Below, piece after piece: positions 13,310 to 28,369 of a stretch of DNA of 64,000 bases. This DNA comes from Octopus bimaculoides (taxonomy: Eukaryota). The translations under genes and the position numbers were made by a program. The first letter of the stretch is position 1, and each line of letters begins with the position of its first letter. The notes under the pieces were generated by a model that was not told the origin of the DNA, did no database searches, and saw only the letters and a list, made by a program, of their open reading frames with translations. The stretch spans positions 114,051,181 to 114,115,180 of the forward strand of contig NC_068982.1 in assembly GCF_001194135.2 (NCBI RefSeq). The letters run 5' to 3'.

Positions 13310-13532
13310 TGCATATACGTATATATTTTAACTTCGATTATAGTGTTATGTACATATATACACAGGTAAAAGTGAATATATAAATGCGTGTGTGTGTATA
13401 TACATACACACATGTATATATGCATACACACACACACATATATAAACGTATATATACACACACACGCATATATATATATATACATATATATATATGCATA
13501 TATATACATATATATATACATATAAATATACG

Positions 13533-13574
<42 letters not shown>

Positions 13575-13655
13575 TATACACACATATATATATATACAGA
13601 CATATATATATATATATACACATATATACATATGTATACATATACATATGTATAT

Positions 13656-13724
<69 letters not shown>

Positions 13725-13790
13725 TATATATATATACATATATACATACACATATATATTTGTACACAAACACACACATATGTATTCATA
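13310..13790. repeat. Compound (TA)n/(CA)n cryptic microsatellite
   Basis: Direct reading; source of several spurious YI/HT-rich ORFs. Confidence 0.95.
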
Positions 13791-16216
13791 TTCATATAAC
13801 ATTATTCTAAAATCGAAATATAATATTTGAATTATTATTTTACAATTAGGTAGACGTGTAGTTTGCTTTGAATTTGTTCATAACCACACACTTTTCAAGA
13901 AACTCGATATATAAATTCGTAATCGCCCTTGGTGCGTAATCTGCTAATGTGTGGAAAGCCTCATCTACGTCGTTGTCATTTAAGTAGTGTTTCGTATAAG
14001 TGGTCCTGTCATGTATTTCAAAAGTTTTAAACAGCAAGTGCCAGAAGATAGAGTGTTGGACAATTAAGTCTTCAGTAAGGATGGTTATATTCAGAGAATT
14101 ATAAACGTGTATTCGATGGTTTTTATTGACTTACACACGGTATTGTACACTCCTTAGCTTACATGTTATATGTCACTCCAAATATAGGATCCAGTTTAGT
14201 CTTCGATTGTTTTTTAACTTAAGTGCCAAATGTCAATACTGTCCGGACAAGAGACGCAGTTTCACAAAATCGATTAAAATTCCATTGAAAACTGTTCGAA
14301 TATATTATATCAAGGTGACCTGCTCTCGTTGCTTTCTACAATAATATGATATTAGCATTTCTTTTATTTATCTACTTATTTATACTTATTTATATATTTG
14401 ACAAGCCTTGTCAAAAGTTTAAGCGAGTAACATCGTGAATTCAACAGATGTAATGTACTGGAGTTTTCTCTTTAGTTTCTTCACATTTTTTTTATTCACT
14501 GTCAAAGCTGACACTAGTATTTCCTTCTAATATGCATTTTCTTCAGAATTTATTAAAGAATACTGATTTGAATAAACGTTGCTTAGACGAGCCTATCACT
14601 TTATATCACCGTAATATCGTTAGAGAAACGCATAACGTTGTTTATATATATATATATATATATATATATGAACTCTGAGGTCATTAGGACTCCAAGCATC
14701 GCCTTAACGGTGGCTTATCCAACAAGTTATTTTTACTGATTAAGAACTTCATTCACACACAAACACACATACACATGTACATATCATGTACATATGTATA
14801 TATTTACGTGTGTGTACTGTGGTAATGAGATTCTCTGACATTAGTCCATTGCGTCAAAAACGGGAGGTGGTTAAATAAACAGCTATTTAGTGATGAGAAT
14901 GAAGTCATAATGAGAAATCAGGTAAACGAAAGCAATAAATCAATGTTAATTATCTGTGTAGCAAGAAACAAGCCCCAGTCCGTGAAGTGATTTCGATTTC
15001 CGCTTGGAACCACCCCATTTTACTTACTTCAAAATAGTATAGAGAAAGGCATAAACATTATTCACTTCTCGTATAAAATGTACGGCATTTTTTGTCCTAG
15101 AAATCAATACATTAATCATATACCGTACAAAACTCATGTACCATTAATAGGTTTAGCTTGTTTAGTTAATGGAAAATACCCTAGCCTACAGCTATATGAA
15201 GAATCATATGTTGGAAGTTATAGTGTTTCAATACCGTCGTCAAGGCGTTTGTTTGATGCAGAAACGGTTTGCGGCAGATTTCACGAAATATTTTTTCGTC
15301 ACAGAATTGATTACATTGTGTTACAGAAATATAAGTGATGCTGATGTGTCCGAGTATAGAAACATTAGCGAAACTACAACATTACTAATTGTAAAGTAAA
15401 ACCAATTTTAAAAAGTTTAGAAATTATTTGCAGCCATTTCATATTAAGTTGTCTGAAAATCTTTTCATTTCAACTGATGGAAAATATTCATATATTAATT
15501 TGTAACCGTTGAAGAGAAAGACTTTTAAGATCTTCTACGGAATTTTTAATAAGATATTCTCCAGTGAGATTTATTTCATGCCAGGTTTCTGTCGACAATA
15601 AGTATTTCACAAGGCGATGTTTAAGAAGTCGTCATTAGCAAACGACGAATACTCTAGCATAAATGATAGGAACAAAAGAGAGAGCAATGTTTATTAACTT
15701 TCCAGCTTTCAGGTTTGTTTTGTCTCGAAAGATTACTTAGCTGAAAGAGAAACCGATTCTGTAACTTATCACATTTTTATTTTACTTTTCCGCTATTATT
15801 TCTATTGACAGTTTGTTTACCAAAGCTGGTGGCGTCTAAGATCTTAGCAAAGCTGTCCATTTTAATTTCAATGTGCAGCTCATAAGAACTGAAAGGTCAG
15901 TTGTGGTTAATATCTTAGTTGATTACAGCTAAACTACTTTTATTCAAATTACAGTTTCTTTCGTTACATCACAAATTCTTTCATCTCTTTTCTTTCTACA
16001 TTTCCTTATTTCTTCATTTCCATGATACGAAAACCTTCGTTTTCATATTCATTGATGCATTTAGATACTGCACTGCATATATATTTCCTGGCACAAATTT
16101 AATATATTCATACAAACACACACACATGCATATGCACATACATGCATAAGAAATCAACTGTATACATTTACTCACACAAGTGTTAGCATTATACATACAT
16201 GCACAATGTATGTTTG

Positions 16217-16256
<40 letters not shown>

Positions 16257-16508
16257 CTTAGAATCTTCTATATATATATATATATACATATATTTACATA
16301 TATTGATACACGCAATTATATACACATGAGTGTGTGTGTGTGTAGCACTTTATATTTAAGTTCACAGAATCAGATGACAATAAGCGACAAAGGATTCACT
16401 AGACGCGTTTCGCGAAACTTCGGATTCGAAGTCAGTCACTTTGCATTTCGCTTGAGTTATACATGAGTGTGCGTACTTATGTACACATATATGCAGATAC
16501 CCAGCCAG

Positions 16509-16548
<40 letters not shown>

Positions 16549-17171
16549 TCACACATACACGCACAGGCACACACACACGCGCGCGCACATCGTTCTACAC
16601 TTTTCTATACGCAGTAGTTCACTTACCCAAACTTTATATCAATCACCTAGAACCTTTTCCCCAAAACAATAAACTTAAAGTAACTCCCTCCATAACTTAT
16701 CAGCAATGCCGTAGAACATGAAATGCAGCAAATCATCAAACTGAACTACTCGCACGCACGTACACACACTACACACACATACACACACACACACATACGC
16801 ACACGCACACATACGCATGCGTGTGGAAGACAAATGTACTAGGATTTGTATACACGAGTTTGTAATTGAATATCTAAAACGATTTGCAATGCACAAATCT
16901 ATAGATGAAGATATAGACATCAATGGCTTATGCAAGAATGTAATAAAGTAGTATACTGGAAACTAACAAAAAGGCATTTTGGGTTAAGGAAAAATAAAAT
17001 GAACGAAATAGATCGCGGATGAAAGATGGGAGGTTATTGTGACACGAAAGAAGTAAAATAAAATTCTTAAATTTGCAGAGGGAATCGAATGGATTTAAAA
17101 TTGTATAGCTAAATGCTGGAGTCTCAATAGAAAGGTGAAAAAGTTGTTAAAGAAGAGATAAAAGAAGATTC

Positions 17172-17650
17172 ATGAAAATGAAAGCCGATGAAGCAGATAA
17201 ATTCCTCGATGCAGGAGACAGTAGAGGAATTAGAAAAGCTTATGAAATAATAAATGGGATTACAGGCAAAGTAAAGAGATCAAAACGAATACCACAGTTA
17301 TTTATTGATGAGGGAACTAATAACATGTGCTATAAACAAGTAAAGAAATGGAGAAAACATTTTAATGCAGACATGAAAAATACGTTTAATAAGAGAAGCG
17401 ATCAAGAGGAGCTGAAAGTGGCTGTCCATGAAATACCTTTTGAAGAAGTAACAAGGGTCATCGAGCTGTTAAAAAAAAAGTTCAGAAAGGTTTCTGGATC
17501 CAGGATAAATGCTAAAAGCAGATAAGCACTTAACTGCAAGACCATTGTTGAAACTGTTTCATAATACATGAAGCATTGAACAGATGCTTTAAGATTGGAA
17601 GGGTGGTAGAGTATCTAGGATATCAAGCACAAAGGGAACTCGGAGTATGA
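17172..17650 (+). pseudogene. LINE (RTE-like) ORF2 remnant, linker and start of RT
   Basis: ADEADKFLDAGDSRGIRKAYEII...KWRKHF...IPFEEVTRVIELLK..K.SGS, then WKGG...KG, matching the pre-RT region of APE-type LINEs. Confidence 0.65.
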
Positions 17651-17769
17651 CATTTGGAGGAGTCATTGAAAGTAGCATAGCTCGGTTATCCTAAATAAGA
17701 AATAGATTGCACTGGAAAATATAGCGAGGAATGACCAATTAAGCTTCTAGTGATCGTGAGTATATTACT

Positions 17770-17910
17770 GAGCGTTCAAATCCCATCAAAGTCAACTTTG
17801 ACCTCTATTTCCCAGTGTCCATAAAATTACTGCCAGTAAAATTATTGGAGTAGATATAATCAACTGCGCCATTCCCACTAATGTATCTTTGTGCCTTTAC
17901 TAGAAGTGGT
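17770..17910 (+). mobile_element. Highly degenerate SINE family A
   Basis: gagcgttcaaatccc...gtcaactttgacc...gatataatcaact...ttgtgcctttactagaa. Confidence 0.5.
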
Positions 17911-20762
17911 CTTTGCAATTTGATGTTTATTGTACACTCAAAAGTGTTTTGTCTTCGGCAGTGTAATAATTCTAATGGCAATTAAAATAAGTGAATGACA
18001 GAATTTGCAAAGCTAGAGCTCCGGACAGAAACAACTTGCATCATGTAGTTGTTTATGGTCTAAATTAAAACCCCACTTGGGTTGATTTTCAAGAGTTGAG
18101 ATGAGGGGTTCAATAAAAAAAAAAACCAATAATTTTATAATAGTACTATTATTCAATCGACTAAACTCCTCTCTAACAAATTTATGGACCATGTGTGCTA
18201 TGATAATAAATCAACATTCTGACTGTAATATACGAAGTGTTGCGTAGAGTTCTTAGAAAGCCATTCCGTTTCGATTCTCAGTCAAAATCCACTTCACTTT
18301 TATCATTAATACCTTGCATGATTAAACGTCGGAAGATCCACTCTTCTCTTTATTTCTTCACTAAAATATTTTCCGTGTGTGAGAAGAAAAGATTTCTCTT
18401 GCTGATACTGACTCAGGCAAATCCAAACCCCTCTTTCAACATCTGCTACCATATACGTAAGAAGAATTATTTGAGCACCAATGAAATTCTCATGTGGATC
18501 GATTAACAGATATACGATTCAAAACTATTGTTTAGAATACGAGATTGCAATCGACAATTTATCAGAGGTATACAGTTTCAGTTTGAATAAATATCACGAA
18601 CATTGAAGATAAAAAAAAAAATACTTCAGAGACAGAAAGTGCATAAGAATTCGCTGTCTAACGTTTCTTGTAAAAGGTCAAAGATACCTGATGTAAATTG
18701 TTAATTCTCGTCGGTTGCCCAATCTCCTTTCTCATGCATTAATTGTTTTATCAATTGGTATTTTCAATAAATTAGTTTTAATTCTCTACGTACGTATAAA
18801 ATAGCTGAAATTTTAGCTTTCAACCCGGAAAGAAAAATATGCTATACTACGTTCATACTTTGTTTACTTGATATTTGGCCTTTTCGGATCTACTCGTATT
18901 GTATCCGTCCATAGCAACAATAAATTGTTGCACTATTCAGAAATGTCCGCTAGTAGTTGGAGGCAAAATATAGGATAGGGATCATGTTTCCGGTAAATGT
19001 AAGGTTTAGCCAATGAAACTATAGTTGTGTGACGTAGGAAATTATTACTATGAATTGTTCTTTGCTGGTGTTTGCTGTTATGTCGTCCCAGACAAGCTCT
19101 GATGAAACAGATTCAACTGCGAAGCTGTACGAAATAAAAGCAACATGCTCATATTATCAGCGTGACATGTTATAGTTTGTGGGTCCACTGACCAGTCTGT
19201 CTCTGTAAATCTGCAGTGTCTGGTCGTGTCTGCAACAGAAGTGAATACTTGGGACTTGGTCTCAGTAAATGGTCTTCTACACCTCTTTCTGGAAGAGTAT
19301 AGTGTAAGGCAACCTCGAATCTCATTCGACACTGAATAGTTATTGTTTCAAAGATCCTGGCATTCTAGAAGTGATCATCACTCGTTGAATTTTATAGCAG
19401 TCTACATCAGCTTTTATACTTAATTATTGCCGTAACAAATTGCATCACTTTAGCTGTTTTATTTTATTATACAGCTTTACCTTCTCACCTCTCTGTTCTG
19501 TCTGTTTATTTGGATATAGACTGACATTAATGAGTCACATGCCAGCTCAGCCGATGAGGAATTATTGTTAATTTCATTTATGTGAGTACCTACGTCCTGG
19601 TGTAACCGATCCTCAACAATCTTATCCATGGAAGAAATTTAATGCCAGTGTAACACTCATCAATAATATAGTACTTCCACTTATTACGGAAATATTGTGT
19701 ATCTTCTAGTAGCCAGAAAGTCTGTGCTATCGACGGCTTAGGATTGCGCCTATGCACAATGCATAGTTCATTCACTAGACGTGAATTTGTAACATTTCAG
19801 AAGTTTGTTGTGCCCTTATCCATTTAGTCCTTTGCAGTCCACAGATATTGAAACCAATTGTTCTAAAATATTGACTTCTTTTTTAGGCAGAAGTTTTTGT
19901 TGTGAGTATATGTGAGCGCACTCGTGTGTCGGAATAAAGAAAAGTTGCCAGTTATCTCTACGATTTCACTAAAATTAAATTTATTGACTCCGATATCAAA
20001 AATAGTCCCGACACTGCTAGGATGTGAAGTTACACAAGGTGTCATAAAATGGGTAGAGCACACACACACACTCATTGCCTTTCATTCGGAAACAAAACGA
20101 AAAAACTATATATGATAATTGATGTGTTTCAAGACAACAAAAATGATACGACAGGAGATAGTTACTTCTTTTGTAGAGACGATATTGAACAGATAAACAG
20201 ACAAGTGTACATATCAGTAACATTGAATGGAAGGAAATAGGTTCGGTCATAAGACCTTCAACTAAAATAGTCGAAGCGAGAGGAACATGGTGGATGGAGA
20301 AGCGTGGATGATATCGAAATGAGAGAACACATATGGAAAGAGGGATTGCTGGATACAAGCAACAGGCATTGCGGGATAAAAGTTATATATGTATATAGAC
20401 ACACACGTTTGATCTGTGTCTTGTGTTTACCATACTTTTTCATATATCCTCTTAAATTACATTAGCAGCCTTATCAGTTGTTTAAGCTTTCGTAATCAAA
20501 ATGTATTTCTAGAATATTTTCTCAGAGCTTATCGCGAAATTCCTAAAGCCGTGATTTAGATGATGTAAACAAGCTAGCGTAAACGAAGGCAATAAAGTAA
20601 TGTGGCTGGATATATTGCATATTTAATAAGTTACAATTAGCGTAGAGTAGTGACGCACCCTTGTCTAGCGTAGAAGTGACAAGAAATTAGAATCAAACGC
20701 AGTATCAGATTGATATATTTGTTAACTTATATCAGTAAATGTGCATAACGTATCGATCCATT

Positions 20763-20980
20763 AGGGGTAGTAGATTGGTTGAATCATTAGAATGTTCGAT
20801 AAAATGCCTTGCTGTATTTAGTTGCAGTTCTTTCTGCTTTGAGTTCAAATTTTCTCCAAAGTTTATGTTAACTTTGATCTTTCTGAGTCCGATAAAATAC
20901 ATCTCAGTCAACATTGTTGTCGATATAATCGATTGTTTCCTTCCCGGTAAACTAATAGGGTTGATCATCCGTTAAGAGAT
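20763..20980 (+). mobile_element. Degenerate SINE family A
   Basis: gaatcattagaatgttcgataaaatgcc...tgagttcaaatttt...gtcgatataatcgatt. Confidence 0.55.
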
Positions 20981-21624
20981 ATTGCTCACAACTGAAAGAT
21001 CAAACAATTCGCTATTTATCCACATTGCTCAGTGGGTTAACAATTTTATCAGTTACTCTGAAAACTGTAAATCCAGAACATAGAACGAGGAATCTAAATT
21101 ATATCAGCTCATTCAGAGAATAACTTGGAGAAATCAACTCAAGAACACCTTCAGCATGGAAAAACGCATAGTTAAACTGGGGCTAATGTAATAAATGTAG
21201 CGAACCTACACCATGTTGATTAATTTGGAATTCACAATGTGACTTCACATTTTTGTAAACAAATAACTATTGAAGTTCATAATTTCTTTTCTGGACTTTT
21301 GTAACCAATTGAATCCATTTTGGGGACAATTAGACTGCATGTTAGCCTCGCATTTACTCTATGTCAAACCTCTATTTCGGTGTCATAAAGAAAATTTAAG
21401 AGATTCTAACTTAGACTGAAGACCATAAATTATATAGCAGGAGTGTAATCGGTCGAGACCAATAATATTAATATTACGAATACTAATCGACCCAGGTGAG
21501 AGAGAGAGAGAGCATATCAATGACATGGTGGGATATAAATTGAGAATGTAAAAGAGGTGTTTGTTACGAAAACAGTCTTTTTACAACTATCTTGTAATTC
21601 TGTTACACCGACTTTTAAACATTA

Positions 21625-21662
<38 letters not shown>

Positions 21663-21684
21663 ATATATATATATATATATATGG

Positions 21685-21715
<31 letters not shown>

Positions 21716-21765
21716 GAGAGAGATAGAGATATAGAGAGATAGAAAGATGTAGATATATATATATA

Positions 21766-21960
21766 TTATTTGTTTCAAGTCACTGGACTGCGGCCATGCT
21801 GGGGTGTCACCTTGAAGAATTTTAGTCGAATGATTCGACCCCAATACTTACTTTAAGCCTTGTACTTATTCTTCCTACTCTTTTGCCGAATCACAAAGTT
21901 ATCTGGAGGTAAATACACCAACACCGGTCAAGCGATGGTAAAGGAACAAATACACACACA
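21766..21960 (-). mobile_element. SINE family B, 3' half
   Basis: tgtttcaagtcactggactgcggccatgctggggtgtcacc...caagcgatgg...acaaatacacac matches the 55081 copy. Confidence 0.75.
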
Positions 21961-22059
21961 CGTATACGTAAACACACACGCACACACATATAAAGTTAAG
22001 ATCCAAGGATCAAGCTGTAGGAAGTTAGTGAGCTTCAAGCGGTCTGTAGAAGGTATAAA

Positions 22060-22200
22060 AGCAGGAACAACAGGGGTTTATTGGCGCAGAAGGTTGAGAA
22101 TTTTTTCTGTGTCGAAGTACGATAGGCTGAAAGAAGGTTAGCAACTGGGGTTGCTCTATATGTGAATAAACATCTAAAATTAGGGAATGGAATAGATAAA
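22060..22200 (+). pseudogene. Possible LINE AP-endonuclease remnant
   Basis: LRIFSVSKYDR followed by TGVALYVNKHLK resembles the DR..GGGVALYV motif of CR1/L2 endonucleases; very short. Confidence 0.35.
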
Positions 22201-23439
22201 ATCCAGGTCAAATATGTTTCATAGATAGCGGAACCTCAGACGTAGTAATTATACAATTACACAAATATAAGTGTGTGTGTGTGTGTATATATGTGTGTGT
22301 GTGTGTGTACGTACGTACGTATGTATGTATGTATGTATGTATGTATGTATCAGCTGTGCTTGCTGTTGTTGTTGACGACGACGATTATGATGATTACGAC
22401 GATCTTTTTTCGAACATATTGTATCTTGGATCTCATGAAACATGTCCTGCCATTTTTAATATAATAGTGTTGCGATTTTATGCTGATTCGGCTGCTAATT
22501 TTCTAGTGGGTCGCGCAACCGTATAGAAGTTTTTTGTTGACCCGTCTATCTAAAGTCGTTGTTGCAGCTATTGGTATCGATGTTTTTATCGCTGCTGTTG
22601 TTTTTAAACACTCTATGAAAAATCTTCATAAATATTTGGAAACACATTCAGTAGTTATTTGAACGTAAACTAGAAAATGTCTCAGGACGACTGCTTATTT
22701 AATGGTGTGAAAATCTGCATCAGCTAAATGAATTCAAAGATCTAATTAACGGTGCCAACCCTCCTTGAAATGTTACTATAGAGTACAGTAATGACAAACT
22801 CACTTTTTCTCTTCTTTTTTTTTATTGGTGGTGGGTATACTAGTGATAAGAAATTAGGAATCTTTTCTGTTGCTGTCTCAGTTTTCATTTCTTTTAATTT
22901 CGTTCCAGTTGTTTCCAAATTTAGTATACTGATGTAGTTTTGAAAGTTAATTATGGAAATGAAATTCATTTTTGCCATAAATTAATAAATAAAATCTGAA
23001 TAGCTTTTTAAAGTTTTCGAATTTTGGGTAATATCAACCAATCGAAAGCCACAGACATATTAGTGCTGGTTTCCTTAGTGATACGTCAAGGTATAGCCTG
23101 CTTAAAACTCCAACCACGTGTATTGTATTTATCTATCTATTTTCTTGGACAAGTGCCTTTTTTCTGACCGTTTGTACCACGTTTTTATCTTTTACAAATG
23201 TAATTTTTGAGAAAGGAATATATTTAGTTGCAGTCCATTCACTATCACATTTTCGTCATTTTCACCTTTTATATATTTATTTTTTATGAGAAACGAACTG
23301 ATATTTCCGGTTGCTGTCCTGTCTACCTCGTTTTCATAATTTTGAACTTTGTGTTTCTCTGGACCGTTTTAACCTAAATAGAAGTATGACTGCAGCCAAC
23401 TCGATTAACCTTTCGAATATGATAGAGAAATTGAAAACC

Positions 23440-24235
23440 GTTAAGATGCGTTTCTATACTTGCAAGAGAAGGATATTATCCCTAAAAGAAAATTATGCAC
23501 AAAAGGACACTATATGAACAAGAAGATGCTTCACGGGAAAAAATTATTGTCATTACTATCAAAAAGGATGCAACGAATGTGTGTCTGCCAGAAAGGATAC
23601 ATGGTTGGAAGGTGGCACTATTCCTCTCAGGACTCTTTCACTCATGGGTCAAGGGACTGACTTCAGTCCGGTTTTGCGTTGAAGAACTGGGAATGATCCA
23701 CTGCACAACTGTTGATTACAATAGTTGCGGAGGACTGTTTCAGATAGGCTAATCTAGGAGGTTGTTAAGATAGACGAAACAGTCTTCTCAAGACGTAAAC
23801 ACAACCGAAGAAGAATGTTTGCTACCTCAGCAGTAGGTTTTCGGAGGAGTATGTCGCAAGTCCAATGCTTTTTCTTTATGCGGTGCCATGACGGAATCGC
23901 AACACACCAGAGGAATGCATACGTTAGTCACTTCTTCCAGGAACCAAAATTTTCAGTGATTTATAGAGGACTTACTCTCACATTCCTGAAATTGATGGTT
24001 AGAATTTTTGACATAGAACAGTGAACCACAGCGTTGAGGTTATTAACTCGAAAGGTGGTATCCACATGCAACGAGTGGAAAAAGTACATGGGCCTGTATA
24101 AAACGACGTAATAAACAATGTTGTGGGACCTACCGTTTTACGGTTGGCTCGTATGTCTGCGAGTTTATGTGGCGCAGAAGATATGAAAATTGTAATTTGC
24201 TTGAGGAGAAACTCATAGAGTGTATCTCAAGCTTT
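23440..24235 (+). pseudogene. Merlin (IS1595/ISXO2-like) DDE transposase remnant
   Basis: VVKIDETVFSRRKHNRRR (23761), Q*VFGGVCR, TVNHS (24018), GIHMQRVE, SYVCEFMWRRRY (24149); frameshifted; TIRs not found. Confidence 0.8.
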
Positions 24236-24659
24236 CCGTTCTGAATTTTTGATCCAAAATATGTAATAACTGTATTAATTGTTTACATGAACTGAACTGC
24301 AGTTTTTTTTTGTGTAATTTAATGTAGTTTGTATTTTTGTAATTTGTTGCAAGAAAAAAAAAATTCGAAGATTTTTCCTTTTTTTTTTTTTTTTCGTTTA
24401 CATGCCTGTCCCAACATTTCACATGATTCTATTCGTTAAAACTTATTAAAACTTCTAAACAGTTTTCAAACTATCACACACAGAATGTCAGCTTCGAAAT
24501 CCAGTTTTCTAATTGGGTAAAAATTATCAAACTTTGTAAAATTTTCTAAAATTTTTCTGGAACAAATGAATAACAAAATCAGATTCAGCTTGAAAAATTA
24601 AATCTATATACCAAATTTGAAAACTTGCACTAATTTTAAAATTTCAGAACCTGTGCCAG

Positions 24660-25060
24660 CAACAGAAAAGATTCGAAAATAAAAACTGATATATACTTTA
24701 AACATTCTGTTCCAATTTACATCGTGTGTCATCCAAGACAAACTCGAGTTACCATATCATTGTAATTTAGCGAAGCGAATATTTTCCAAGACGAATAGTC
24801 TTGACTCATCCAACAAAAGATTATAGATTAGAAGAATTGAAAGAAATATTGATAACAAAAAAAAATAATTCTTTGAATCAAATTACTAATGCAATTCAAA
24901 GAGAGAAGCAAATTGATATTCAAGAACTTCGAAAAATTAAAAGCAAATACGAAAAGAATATGATAAAACATGTCTCGACTTTTAACCCCAACAAACGTCG
25001 AAATCTTTGTAATTATTCATCAAGACATACTTAGATTACTATGAGATCATAAGATGAAAA
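24660..25060 (+). pseudogene. Penelope-like element, RT C-terminus and linker remnant
   Basis: KIKTDIYFK, CHPRQT...NLAKRIF, RLEELKEIL...AIQREKQIDIQELRK...VSTFNPN resemble PLE motifs TDIYYKPT / SCHP..T..NIP..LA.RI / ELR...VSTYNP. Confidence 0.65.
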
Positions 25061-25246
25061 AGTTATGGAAATAACAAACGATTAAAACTAATGACAAGCT
25101 AAATTTCTAAGCAGTTTTGTAACGAGTGCAAAATTTAATAAAACTAAGAATTCGAAAGAACTCCCGAGTATGTAATTATTAATTAGAAGCTCTTCTATTT
25201 CATTTCATGGAGAGATATGTTTTCAAAAACGTGTTACTTTGAAAAT

Positions 25247-25292
<46 letters not shown>

Positions 25293-25395
25293 NNNNNNNN
25301 NNNNNNNNNNNNNNNNNNNNNNNNNNNNNNNNNNNNNNNNNNNNNNNNNNNNNNNNNNNNNNNNNNNNNNNNNNNNNNNNNNNNNNNNNNNNNNN

Positions 25396-25438
<43 letters not shown>

Positions 25439-25750
25439 ATGTATATATATATAACATAAAGGTGTCAGATCTTGTTTACACGTGGTTCTAGATATTTAAG
25501 AAAGAAAAATATGTAAGAATGCACAGGAGGTTTGTATAGTAAAATATATGCAAATATTAAGATCATAATGTAACAAGGAGTTGTATTACAACAGTATATA
25601 ATAAACTGGGAGTACTGGTTTGGCGGATTACGTTTATCAAACTTCCAAGGTCTTAAATTTCTGCCATTTTTGTTATCGACAATGATTTTTCAAAAATTAT
25701 TAGCACAAATTTTGCTACACAAACCTGTGCGTTTTCACATATTTTTCTTT

Positions 25751-25798
<48 letters not shown>

Positions 25799-26482
25799 TC
25801 TATATACTTATATATACACATACATCTGTATGCATATATATATATAGATACACACATTTATATACATATATATATATACATATATACGCACGTTTATATA
25901 CACATACATACATATATATATATTTTCATAGAAAAACATGTAATCGTTACCAATATAGCAAGAGATTTCACCGCAAAAAAGTCTCAAGTAGACTCCTTAA
26001 GGATCGTTCTCCTTGGTTATATATTCAAAGTTTAAATTGAAAAGAAAATTTTGACGCTAATATCCATTATTATTGAAATTTATTCCTATGTCAACATTTC
26101 TGTATAAGGCTATATTTGACTGTCAAATTTAAGTCAAACATATAATTTGCCTTACACGTCTTCAGGGAAATAAATTTAAGAACAAACAAAAAATCAAAAA
26201 AATCAAGAACAAGAGGTAAATACCAAGACATCGTCTCTAAGTCCCGTCCATATTCAAATTTGTCGTTAAATGACTCGTTAAATAAGTTCCTTCTTAAACA
26301 AAGGTCCATTAAGGGGAGACAACCCCTCATAATTCTAACAATAATATTAATAATATTGATAAGTTATAAACAATTCTCTATTACAATGGAAATCTATACT
26401 ATATTATCTCTAGGATCTATTGTAAAAACCACAACTGTGTTTGGTAAATTATACATTGATATGGCCTGCCTTATATATGTTT

Positions 26483-26671
26483 TGTGTGTCTGTGTCTGTC
26501 CCCCCAGCATCGCTTGACAGCCGATGTTGGTGCATTTATGTCCCCCGTAACTTAGCGGTTCGGCAAGAGTGGCCGATACAATAAGTCATGGTGTCGATTT
26601 GTTCGACTAATGGTGATGCTCCAGCATGACCGCAGTGAAATGACTGAAACAAGTAAAAGAACAAAAGAATA
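26483..26671 (+). mobile_element. SINE family B, 3' half
   Basis: tgtctgtcccccagcatcgcttgacagccgatg...gtaacttagcggttcggcaa...gctccagcatgaccgcagtgaaatgactgaaacaagtaaaagaa. Confidence 0.85.
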
Positions 26672-26737
26672 TACTCACACAGCTATATCTAAACACGCAT
26701 ATATACACATCTACATATAAACAAACACATACACACA

Positions 26738-26820
<83 letters not shown>

Positions 26821-26821
26821 G

Positions 26822-26858
<37 letters not shown>

Positions 26859-27464
26859 GTATATATATATGGTCAGTGTTATTGTTCAAGTCATTGTTAC
26901 TTTGATGCGTCATGTGGTTGATATTTGCAGAGTCACTGGAGTTGTTATATGTGTCTCCATCAATTTTTGATGCATCCTGCACGCTGCCTAAGTTTTCGGT
27001 TGTTAATTCTATGAATGTGATGTTCCATAATCGATGAATTCGCATACGACTTCTTGTTTTTATCGGCAATTATTTGTCTATATTTACAAGAGTTTGCAAC
27101 TCTTATTGGAAAAGGATAATAGTAATAGAATATTGTAGTGATGCTTCATTTCCTAATCATACATGATAGCCAAAACTCGGTATCTCTAGCGGGACACGAA
27201 CCTTTATGAATAGATGTACCTGATAAGACAGACTGCAAAATTGATCCAACACAATATGTTGAAAGGAGTCCCACCCATAAGGGACAGTAGCAGGATAGTC
27301 GAAACGACCGTTGTACAAAATAAAGATTAATACCAATTCCATCTTCTCGTTACTTAAGCAATTATTATCATTATTTAAACTAACACTGTGGAATTCCTGA
27401 AATAAATCCAACACACTAATCGACATCTACGAATCAGTCCAAAAATACTATATGTATATTCTTT

Positions 27465-27770
<306 letters not shown>

Positions 27771-28156
27771 CTTTATTTAAAAACAGCAAAAATATCACAA
27801 AAACTGTTACTCAGAGTTTCACGTTCCCGTTCGTCAGACAGTTTTGTTTAGAACCATGACCTAGAAGTGACTTTATATGTAAGGGAACTGTGATTATATA
27901 AGTCGAAACAATTTGTTGGCCTCTTATGGTTTTTACAATTATTTACGTTATATAATATTATGTTATATATTATATTCATAATGTTTAATGTAATATTGTA
28001 ATATAAATAAATTATTTGATTGTCAATAGTATATCTCTACATTTAATGTATCTTTATAATTGAATTATACCAATATGTATATGGCATCCAACTGACGCAC
28101 CAGTAAAATGGATGTTTAACACACCCATTTGAAGGATTTTATTTTCCTCAGTTCGT

Positions 28157-28193
<37 letters not shown>

Positions 28194-28196
<3 letters not shown>

Positions 28197-28348
28197 GGCG
28201 GGCTTCTTCAAGGTCCATCTACCAACTCCACTCACAAGGCTTGGCTATAGTAGAAGACACTTGCCCAAGGTGCCACGCAGTGGGACTGAACCCTGAACCA
28301 TGTGGTTGGTAAGCAAGCTACTTACCATACAACCACTCCTGCGCCTAT
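28194..28348 (-). mobile_element. SINE family B, 5' half (tRNA-like head)
   Basis: gggcttc...ctcacaaggc...gacacttgcccaaggtgccacgcagtgggactgaaccc...ccactcctgcgcctat. Confidence 0.85.
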
Positions 28349-28369
28349 ATATATATATATATATAATAC

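Noticed and set aside
13273-13830. Long ORFs rich in YI/VC/HT dipeptides (also near 8.1, 16.4, 25.2, 27.6, 48.5, 52.8 kb)
   Set aside because: Translations of dinucleotide microsatellites, not genes.
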